Program-made: the position numbers and the translations under genes
Source of the DNA: Cycas panzhihuaensis
Taxonomy: Eukaryota; Plantae; Cycadophyta
Direction: 5' to 3'
DNA: 64,000 bases
NCBI GenBank assembly: GCA_023213395.1
Contig: CM041465.1
Span: forward strand, 241,187,741 to 241,251,740
The notes under the pieces: model-generated
The model's input: only the letters and a program-made list of their open reading frames with translations
Told to the model about the DNA's origin: nothing
The model's database searches: none
In this document: in pieces, positions 53,110 through 64,000 of the stretch
Layout of the letters: each line of letters opens with the position of its first letter
Position numbering within the stretch: position 1 is the first letter of the stretch

Positions 53110-56100
53110 CATGGCATAGTGTGAAAAAGATGATGGCAAGATGGTAAAGAATTTATCAATGTGAATGAAGAAAGTAAAATCAAAAGCATTAACCTAAGAA
53201 TAACGACATCAACATCGGGACTAGATCAACCATGCAATAGACATAATGAGAAAGGAAAAGTAAGAACTAGTGTAAGGGGTAGTAACCTAAGGTATAACAT
53301 GAATGAGCTAGGATAAAGTAAAGGCATTAAGAATTCAAGTAGAAGGGGGTGTTGAAGTCATAGAGTCCATAGATAAGGATGAAGGTACAACAACCATTAG
53401 TGGGTACAATAGAAAAATTAGTAATTACACAAGGGAGCATGCATCTGATATATATGAATCAATATTACCTCAACAAATTTAATCGAAGATTTCATCACAT
53501 GATTCTTTGCAAGGTGCATCCTTGTCATTGATATCCCTAGTAAATCATTTAATTCAAGAATATTCTATACTATTCCCATTATCATTTGGTCTTTCATGAC
53601 TAGAGTTATCATCAACCAGTTCTCCATCACTAGCAATGTCACCTACGAGATCATCAACATCATCATGTCTTTAAGGAAAGAGAAGTCATCCCTCCATTCA
53701 TCAAGTTTCAATAGGAGTAGAGATCTAGAAGAGCATTTGTTTGCATACATATGAATTTAAGGGATTCATAAGATATTGACAGAAGATGAACTCACTGATC
53801 TTTTCATAACAATGCTACACAGACCTACAATGGTAGGGTTTAGAGTTATGGAGAAATAATTTAAAGGTTGGGATGACATTTAAGCAAAATTTAAGGATGG
53901 AAAAAATGATACTTTAGTAGTGCATAATCTATGACTTTATAACAAAAATACTATGAGTTGATTAAAGAATTTGATAGAAGGATGCAAGTTATTAGAAACA
54001 AGCATACAAATCTTTTATGTACATAACAGGCACAAAAGATGCAAACACACATAAATAGAATTAATGTGATTTTTTTTGGTAAAAACCCACCACAAAATAA
54101 TAGATTATATCGATACCAAAGGTTAAATTTACAATGGACTTAGGATCGCTCTAAATAGATCCATAAGTGTCTCCAATATACATCTGTCATCCTACATACA
54201 ATAATATATTACATCATAATATTCATACCATAGCACACCAAATCAATATTAGTCGGGTTAAGTGGTTAAGTCACCACTTTAACGTCCCCCCTTAATGTAA
54301 ATATAAGATCTTGAAGTCTTCTTAAGGGCTGGACTATCCTTTGTCTTTATCCTTAATGATATATCCCCCTCAAGGATAATTTCACTATGTTCCAAATTGG
54401 TATGAATCTTGATAAAATGGTCTTTAGTAAGAGTTTTGGTAAATACTTCCTTAAGTTATTCTTTACTTGGATATAATTTTACCTAGAACTTCCCTAATTT
54501 AATCTACTAACAAATGTAATGGTATTGAATCTCAATATTCTTTGTACATACATGAAATTCTGGATTCTTTAAAAGTAAAATAATAATTTGATTATTAATA
54601 TATATAATAAGTGTGTAGAAGATATTTTAAGATTCTCCAAAACACCTTACAAGCACACCGCTTCCCTTGTACTTACACTGACCCCTTGGTATTTAACTTC
54701 TATATAAGACAATGCAACATTGGTTTATTTTTTGGACTACCATGATACAAACTAATTACCAATACCAAAAATGTATCCAACAATTGATTTCTTATCTTCA
54801 ACATCTATACCCCAATCTACATCAATATATCCATGCAATTTAGCCTCTCAACTTTAAAGGTATTCAAGTTCAAGATTGAGTGTTCCCTTAATATACTTTA
54901 TAATCCTATTTACTACTACCCAATATAGTCCTTCAAGACTCTGCATATAATGAGATACCAATCCAATTGCATAAGTAATATCAGGCCTAGTATGAGTTAA
55001 GTAAATCAAACTCCCTACTAATTGTCAATATAACGTCCCATTTATAGCAACTTATTTATATCTTTTAGGAGCTTCGTGCCCTTGACATATAGTATTTGCA
55101 TTAGTTTGTAATCTTTCATCTTCAATCTCTCAAGCAACTTTTCTGCATACCTTGACATCATGATGCGATCATCCATCTACCTAACTTCAATGCCTAAGAA
55201 GTAATGAAATTATTTGAGATTTATCATATTAAAAGTATGTCTCAAATATGACTTTATAGATGTAATCATCTTATTTCAATTGCATGTAACAACAAGGTCA
55301 TCAATATATAATACAATAACAATTATTATAGTTTCATTTCTTTGAATATAAAGACTTAGATCCAATTATGTTATCATAAAACCATCCTCCTTTAATCTAG
55401 TATTTATCTTATCATACTAAGCATAAGGTACTTATTTTAATCCATAGAGATATTTCTTCAAATGATACACTGAGTGCTCATATCCTTCCTTCACAGAACC
55501 AAGAGGTTGAGCCATATAAATCTCCTCTTTCAAGTTTTTGTTAAGGAATGTTGACTTTACATCCATCTAGTATAACTCCCAGCCATATGTAACTACTAAA
55601 GCAAGGATTAATTGGACCATTATCATCTTGGAGATTGGTACAAATGTTTTCTCATAATCAATTCCTTCTTTTTGTTTAAATCTCTATGTAATAATTTTAG
55701 TCTTATACTTATCTACCTCTCTATTAGAGTGAAACTTCATCTTATAAACCCACTTGCAACTAACCGCATTCTTGGATGGAGGTAAGGATACTAGATCCTA
55801 TGTGTCATTCTTCATGATTGAAATATACTCCTCCTCCATTACAACTCTCCATCACAAATTTCCTTTCACTTCTTCATATGAAATAGGATCACTAGAATCA
55901 TTAGTGTCCACCACCAAAGTTTGACTAGTATGTTGACTTCTTGTTCTTCATCCATCTTTAAGATCTTTAATCATCACATTAGATTTCTCAATAGTCCTTC
56001 TAACCCATAATATAACACAGGGTGTTGTTTGTGCCTCTTCTTGTAGTAACTCCTTATTATTACTCCCATTTGGTCTTGTTTCCATTTTTAACACAATGCT

Positions 56101-59100
56101 TGGTTCCTTAATCTCTACAACTATTGAAACTCAACTTAGAAATAGAAGAAATGGAGGATAAATCTATCTTCAGATAAGTATGGTACATCATCAACTCATT
56201 AAATATAACATCCCAACTAACAAAAAGCTTTTTCTCTTATGGATCCCAAAGTTTGTAAGCTTTATTTTCTTCTAAGTACCCCATGAAGATACATTTTAAA
56301 CTCTTTCGATACACATCCAAGATGTATACATATACAATGTATATAAATACCTTAAAATAAGTAATGAAAGATTTTTGACCAATCCAACACTCCTTGGGGG
56401 TAATTCCATGAATAATTTTGGTAGGTATCCTATTTAGAATATAAACTGCTATTGTAATAGCTTTTACCCAAAACATTAGCAGTAGATTCTTTGTATGTAC
56501 CATACACAATGCCTTCTCCATCATGATCTGATTCTTCCTCTCTACAATACCATTTTGCTATGGGGTATATGAGATGGTTAATTCTCATTTGATACCATGA
56601 TCAAGATAGAACTACTTAAATGCATTATTGTTATACTCTTTTCTATTATCACTTCTAAAAATCTTTATTTTCTTATCACTCTCATTCTCAATACATACTT
56701 TCCATTTACAAAAACGATCAAGTACTTTATATTTATTTTTCAAGAAGAAGAACTAGGCTTTCTTACTATAATCATATATAAATGCAAGGATAAAATAAGC
56801 ACTTGATATAAAAGGATTTGATAATGGCCCCATCAAATTAGTATGCACGAGTTTTAACTTCTCCTTTACTCTCCAGGCACAATCCCTAGTAAATAGATAG
56901 CGATAGTGCCTCCCATACATCTAACCTTTATAAATACCTTCTAAATATAAAACCTCTGGTACACCTACTACCATCTTTAACCTATTTATAAGGCTGATGC
57001 TCCTATAGTTAAGATAACTAAGACACTCATTCTATAACTTACTCACATCATAAAAACTAGTAACAAAAGCATAATAGGATTCTTTTCAGGCTCTTAATTT
57101 CTCAAACACTTAAAAGTTATCTTAAACTTTTCTAGTAGCAATAATAGAGAAGTTTTTCTTTGAATCCTTAACTATGCATCTATTATTATAAAGATCAATT
57201 TTTATACCTTGCTTGTAGATTTTTCGAACAGAAAGAAGACTAAGTTTTATCTTTGGCATATAATAAAACCCATTGAACTTAGTTCCTATAAGCAAAATGA
57301 AGGCAACATCTTCTATAGGAAAAATATAGGAGGATCTCCAAGAATGACATTAGCATCACTCAGACTTGCATCTAAGACATCAAAGTTTTTCTTCTGATAG
57401 GTAATATGTTTATATTCTCTAGAGTTCAGGATCCAATAATCTTTATAATTTAACTTAGCTGATAACATTGATACCCTAACACAATACACTACTACACTCT
57501 TCCCCTTGTCATCTTGGTTAGCCTTACACTTGTCTTGCTTCTTTAACCAATAATTCTTCTCTTTATAACCCTTTTTCTTGCAATAGTTATACTTACTTAT
57601 AAATTTCTTCTTCTCTTGAGACGTTTCTCCTATTTTCTATGTGAAATTACCTTCCTAAATAACATCTTTCCTTTATATCTTCATGACCGAAGCCTGATTT
57701 GATTATGAACTAATAAGCATTCTATGATGCTTCAACTTGGTATCCTTTGCTAGAATCAGCTTCTTTAGTGATACAAATAATTCACCCTTCATAACTTTAT
57801 CTCTTACATAGATAGTTTGAAAGGTTCCAAATGCAACTAGTAATTTTGACATGATAATCATAAAGAGTAGTGCATCATCAATTAGGTTTGACTTCAATTC
57901 ATTCAACTTGTTCTTCAAATCAATGATCTTATTCAGATGCATATTTGTGTTATTCCCAATCTCTATCTTTGAATTCAATAACTCCATCATAAGAGCAATA
58001 CGATGGTTAGTTTTCTTATTTTTAAATGTCTCATACGACTTTATCTAGATCTCATAAAACGATTCAAAGTTGTAGACTAAAGCTTTCTAGTTTGGAGCCA
58101 AAGACAACTTAAGTAAACCTATAGCTATGAACTATTTCTCCTCAACATGTATACTTTCTTTCTTATCTAAGGGAATGACTAATAATTTAGATTTGTTAAA
58201 GCCCTAATATTGATTCACCATGAGAACTAATTTCACGTTTGCCTTCCACTCATTAAAGTTATTCTTGTTGAAAATAACTAGAGGAACTAACTTTTCTATG
58301 ATAAAAAAATGGAAAATACATGGACACTAAACTAATCTTAAATAAGCTCTATTCCTCCCCAGAAAAAGTAGTCTATTTCAATGACTCAGAATATAAAGGA
58401 TTTACCAAAACTAGTAACCACTTATAAATAGGCCAATAGACTACTCAATAAAAATGCTTTTCTAAATAGTTATAAGTTTGATTTAATAAGCAAAAAATAT
58501 AGCTATGGAGCCAAAGCTCTCAAGCATAAATCATAATATGACAACACAATAAAATAAATATTTACTTAATGTAATGGTTAATCAAATAACTACACCCGTA
58601 ACCTCTCTCATATATCACGAAAATAACCATTCTTCATTCAACGCTACAAAACCTTATATCAATACTCTCAATACTTCATATGCTAAAGAAATAAAAAATA
58701 TATAAGATGGCCCCTCAATATATAGTATAAAATGTACCTATGAATAAACACAACTCTTTGTGGACTTGAGTAAGGGCAACCTCACACAATGGTTGTAATT
58801 TTTTCTTCACAAACTATGATCATGTCTCAACAACAAGCTTACATCTACTGTAATGTCAATCCTACATCTATTGTGTGACACTTAGAATATTTTACAATAC
58901 TATATATCTCATCTAGAATTTGTATGACTTAATACTCTATGCTTGCATCAACATGGATGGTCATATCTACATGATCAAAGACCTCAGTGTTCTAAGATTT
59001 GTGATTGCACACGATGAATATCCTTATACATGTTTACAAGGAGCATGAGTGCATGATTCATTGTGACTTATAATTATGTGCTATACTCTATCCCAATCTC

Positions 59101-62100
59101 TTTGCATCTATGGGAATAAGGAGATCTCTATATATACACAAATAAAAAATAAAGCCCATGATGAATATGATTATGTCTTCATGTCTTTGTGTTAAATCTA
59201 AGTAACACATCACTATTGATTTATCTACACAACTTTAGCTTCTTTGGTTACATCCTTGGTTCATCTCAATGGAGGCTAGTACATCTCTATCGGGTTGTAT
59301 AAATTTCATTTGGTTGCTCAATCAGATGGTGCAACTCATTTATAACTTTTCCCAATTAGATTGACATGAAGGCAATAGTATTATGACATCACACCACATT
59401 ACAACCCTGTAATTTTTCCTCTACACCATTGTCGTGTCTTCTTCGATAGGCATTATAACCAACTTTAAGATGTATGAGGACTACTATTGTATCTCCTTGT
59501 TTATGTCTCTTTGCTTATGCTCACATATGATAGATGTGGCAGCTCTTTCAATTGTTAGAGAAGATTAGTCCTCAACAAAGGGTTAAGCCATCACTACTTG
59601 GTAGCCTATAACCTGAACACTCCACTAACCACTTACTTACTTATACATGCCTTTCTACTCTGATACCATATTAGAAATAAATATATAGATCTTTTATATA
59701 TACAATAAACATGAAAGATGTAAGCACAAACAAATGCAATTAAGATGGAAAAACTTTTCATAAAAACCCACTATAAAATAATAGATTATATTGATGCCGA
59801 ATATTAAATTTATAATGGACTCAAGATCTCTTTAAATAGATCCATAAGTGTCTCTAATATACATCCATCAATCTACATATAATAACATATCAAATCACAA
59901 TATTGTACCATAATAAACCATATTAACATTAGTTGAGTTAAGTGGTTAATTTACCACTCTAACATAAGTGTTGGTGTCTAAATTAAATTCAAAACTAGGG
60001 GATGTCTAGGACTTTAACTAGTTCATGGAAGGAATATTGTCATGATATCAAGATAAATTGGAAATAATGACACCTAATATATATGCTCAAACATTAAAGC
60101 AAGCCCTTCAATTAAAAGAGAGACATTAGGATATGATACCCTAAGAAAGAAAGGATAAGGAAGTGAGCTAGGCTAGTGACACTAAATAACAGTCAGAGGA
60201 CATTTACAACTTACTAAAGAAGGATTTAAAATAAGAGTTGGCAGCACTTGCCATAAAATTGTAGAATCCAATGCTAGAGTGTGGTACATAAAGACATTTT
60301 ATAAATAAATATCAAAAGCATGTCATTAGGTCATCACAACTTTCAAATAGATACTTTTGTGAGATCTCTAATAAACATGTTGGGCATACCATTATGGATT
60401 ACCCATTCCACTTGAAATACACTTATCACCATTGTAGAGGAGTTTTAGTGATGGACAAAGGCTATTCTTTTAGAGTTGAGGCCATTAGCCAACGAGAAGA
60501 CTACTATATAAGGATATATCCTCAATGCTACCGATGCCACCAAGGTGCTTCGTTTGTAATAAGTGGGGACACTATTGGTAAGAATATTGAGACCTATAAA
60601 ATGGTGGAGACAAGGTTTGTGATGATTATGGACCAGGGGATCATGACATTGGATTCTATCCCTTTAAGAAAGTAACTACTATGAAATTGTTACAAAAGTA
60701 TTTCCTAAAGGATATGGGCACAATGAAGTTGATGACCTGGAGTGTCTATCAAGTTCAAACCTATAGATTATTGATGACTATCTAAATTTTATAAAGGAGA
60801 AGAATAAACTAGTGGAAGTTATTCATGTTCTATAGAGGAATATGTGGCAATAAGTTATCAAGTTCAAGAAATTAGCACTATGGTATCTTTCCTTAAAGAA
60901 ATAAGAAAAGAAATAACACCATAATATGAGAAGGGGGTGGCTAGGAGTCCATAAACTTGACATGATATAGAACCAGCTTATATTATTGAGGAGAGACAAT
61001 TCTATCCCTATAGTATATAAGCAAAGAAGATTGCAGTGACCTAATTATTATAATAACTCAACCATCCTTTCAAGTTGTATATGATATGGACCTTAATGGT
61101 TGAAGGATGGACAATACCATCTCAGTGGCTATAAGGGGATGTAGTAGATAGTCGTGAATTTCCACTATGAACTATGTAGCCATAAGAAGAACAACTATAA
61201 TTAGTGCCATCTTAGTAATGACAAGGACACATAGTGGACAATCATGAATTTCCACCATAAATTATATAGCCATAGATAAAACAACTATAAAAAAAATTAG
61301 TGCTTCTAAAAGAGGCAAACTCTATATCTAGAAGAGAGGCTTCTCATGAAAGAGAAATCATTATGCCTTCAAAAGAGGATGTGGTCAACCAAAGAAATTT
61401 AAGGTGTATCATATGTGATAAATAGAAGATGGTGAACTAGGAAAAGGTTGAGAGATTTGAGGTGCTAAGCGCTATGGTAGATGGAGGAGCAAGTATAAAC
61501 ATTCTTTCATATAAAACTTGGAAAAGGATTGGGTAACCTAAACTTAGTAGCTTAACTTTGGCTATTAGTCATGAGGGATAATTGGAGAATTTTTTCCACT
61601 AGAGTCTCTTGCAATATTCCCATTAATATAGAGAGAATTGTGGCTTTTTTAGATTTTGAAATAATCAAGATAAATGAAGGAAGAGAGTTATACCCTACTC
61701 TAGTGGGTTGATCATAACATTATGCAATTGGTACTTGTAAATTGGCTAGACCAAACTTTTACGTTAAGGAATAATAGGAAGAAAACAAAGTTACCCTTCT
61801 TCCTAGTTAAGCCTCCTTTGAGAGTAGAGATGTAAGACACTACATCCAATTCCATGGTTAAGAAGAGTAGTAATTACTCCTCAAAATATGCATATCATTA
61901 TGCAATCATGGAGGATGATGTCATTAAACCTAGATTGGGAGGAGAATAATATATAACACAAATTTTGGGTTTTGGAGTTATGCAATTTATAATTAGGCCA
62001 TTATAAGTTAATGAGTCAACTAATAAGTAATATTAGTAGACATAATAAATTGGAAGAATATATAGACTTCGAGGTGGAGGAATATTTTGAGATGGGTAGC

Positions 62101-62465
62101 TACTGGCCCTACTTCCACATACATGTGGATTGATACCATCGTAGTTCATGAGGAATGGACAGGGTGGCGAGAGCCTCTAATCCTAACTCGACTTACAAAT
62201 GGTTTGTCATAAGGGTGGAAGATTTCTTAGAAGTAAATGAAGAATTTTAGTAGTATATGGTTAGGACAAGTAGGTTATAGGAAAAAATGTATAGTATTAC
62301 GATAATGAATGTCATGGAGGAAAGAGAAAAATACTTTCTATCTTCTTACACTTCAGTGGAGCATGGAAATAGGTCAATCCATATGGATCTAACATATGGA
62401 ATAAATACAAAATTAAGCAAGGTTCCTAGTGAGAAATATTTAACATTACCATAAATAAGGAAGAT
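53110..62465 (+). mobile_element. Decayed Gypsy gag-protease region, split by Copia-3 and cut by Copia-4
   Basis: DLEEHLF (gag) at ~53725; PQCYRCHQ knuckle at ~60520; AMVDGGASINILSYKTWKRIG.PKL (aspartic protease) at ~61470. Flanks rejoin across TSD CAAGT/TAAGT. Confidence 0.75.
53990..59964 (-). mobile_element. Full-length decayed Copia element (Copia-3)
   Basis: LTRs 53990-54284 and 59669-59964; TSD CAAGT/TAAGT; PBS rc TGGTATCAGAGT (59657-59668); PPT 54285-54293; gag-pol ~58300-54330 (MMEKALCM..AVYILNRIPT, YIDD, YIDVDWG). Confidence 0.93.
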
Positions 62466-64000
62466 TGTTAGAAAACACAAATGATGCAAATAAAGTTAAC
62501 ATGATCTTTTACATTAGGCAAATATCAAGTAGAAATAGATCACACGAGACACCAGATTGCCATGGGAAACCCTTACGAGTAAAAACCCACAAATCATAAT
62601 ATTTTACATTATGACAAAATGACTATATTACAAAATTAGACTTTGATCTATATTTATAGATCTAAAGTGCTAGAATATCAATACAATTATATCCATCGAT
62701 TCACTACAATTGAGAATATTCCTCCACATAATTAGGCACATAAATAAGGCCCCATTTATATTAGTCAGTACGGACATATATTCTAATATCTTCTCTTAAT
62801 GTAAATGTGAGGCACTAAATTTTATCATTGGGAATAGATCCCCTCTTAACCTTACCCAAACTAATATGCATGAATGTCGATGTAGCAATCTTCAATTTAA
62901 GCTTGGTGAATAAGTCTATAAGTTGAGCTCAACTTGGATAATCTTCAACTTGCATCTTCCCTGATTTGATTTTCACTCGGATGTAATGGTACTATGCCTT
63001 ATATATGCTCAATTCTTTGGATATGACTCCAACAGACCTACAACCATGTAACTCTCTCTACACTTGATACTTTGTCCATACAACACAACCATATTCCTTT
63101 GACTAAACTAAGAGGTTGAGCCACTTGAGCCATGTGAATCTCCTCTTCAAGTCTACATTAAGGAATATTGATATAATATGATATGATACCCAACTATCTG
63201 AAGCTACTAAAGTAAGGATCAAATGGACCATAAACATCATAGAGACTAGTGCAAATGTCTCATCATATCTTAATCCATCTTCCTGCTAGAAATCCGACAT
63301 AACAAGCTTACCAACTTGCAAATCGACTAGGCTCTTTGCTTCAATACAACTCTCCATTGTGAATCGACACTCATTGGAACATTAGTATCTTTCTCAAGAT
63401 TTGACTGGCATGCTGATCCATGATCTTCAATCATCCTGTAGGTCTTTAATTATTAATGAAACATCAGGTTGCAATCCATGTCTCATCGTCTAATAGCTCC
63501 TCATCATCAATCTGTCACTAGGTCTTGCTTCCATCTCAAGCACAATGTTACGCAAACAAACCTCTACACTTGTTGAATAATGTCATAGAAAAGTGAAGCA
63601 ATGAAGGATAAAACCTATAACTAAATGACACTTAGCATGATATGTCAACAACTCTTGAATCAAAATTTAGATTGATCGTAATGCATTTCCCTTTCAGATC
63701 ACACTGTTTATAAGCTAAACAACCCATGTGATTCAAACTCTTATAATCCTACTACTATAATCTTTATCTAAGATGTGAGCACTCTAATGCACTAAAGGAA
63801 TAAATGGAAGGATTTTGACTTGGTCCAAACACATAACAAGAGGGGAATATATGCCACAAATAAGCACAACAAGGGATCCCATACCTATCCACTATAGTTT
63901 TTGCCACAACCATGGGAGGCAAATATTAACCTGCACCAACCTCACCATCTACATCATGATACTCACCTATAATGTAACCTTACAGGTGAACTATACATAC
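62466..64000 (-). mobile_element. Copia-4: 3' LTR plus internally multi-deleted pol; runs off window
   Basis: LTR 62466-62788 (TGTTAG..TTCTAATA), then RH end (DLFTK), RT pieces (GLRYDETFALV, FLNVDLKRRF), IN (FGPSQNPS) and PR-like pieces within ~1.2 kb. Confidence 0.8.

Noticed and set aside
61155-61290. Two ~45-bp repeats 90 bp apart in the Gypsy gag-protease linker (also ~45-bp repeats at 22065-22300)
   Set aside because: Ordinary local duplications within TEs.

Overview
Eukaryotic land-plant nuclear DNA, inferred to be from a non-flowering lineage (from the SAUR subtype and a Tat element with its extra RNase H downstream of integrase). About 95% is nested LTR-retrotransposon debris eroded by C>T/G>A changes. 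The only intact host gene is an intronless SAUR (50390-50896) in a ~1.7-kb CpG-rich island. Elements resolved by LTR/PBS/PPT/TSD: a chromovirus 3' end (1-4239); three full-length decayed Copia (4665-12908, 31640-39188, 53990-59964); three non-autonomous Copia-type elements (13064-19671, 40936-45081, 45528-49603); a large Tat-type Gypsy; another Gypsy; solo LTRs; and a deletion-riddled Copia at the window end. Most interesting signal: these Copia-lineage elements carry a variable 'cargo slot' in the 5' leader between PBS and gag. In 13064-19671 the slot holds an antisense, intron-containing mosaic of host fragments (PABP, Sec61-beta, SAC phosphatase, tRNA-Thr and unidentified multi-exon genes). 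Also notable: a triplicated LTR-end/PBS unit, and strongly one-sided deamination of the LTR facing the SAUR gene. All calls come from manual reading; no database search was run.
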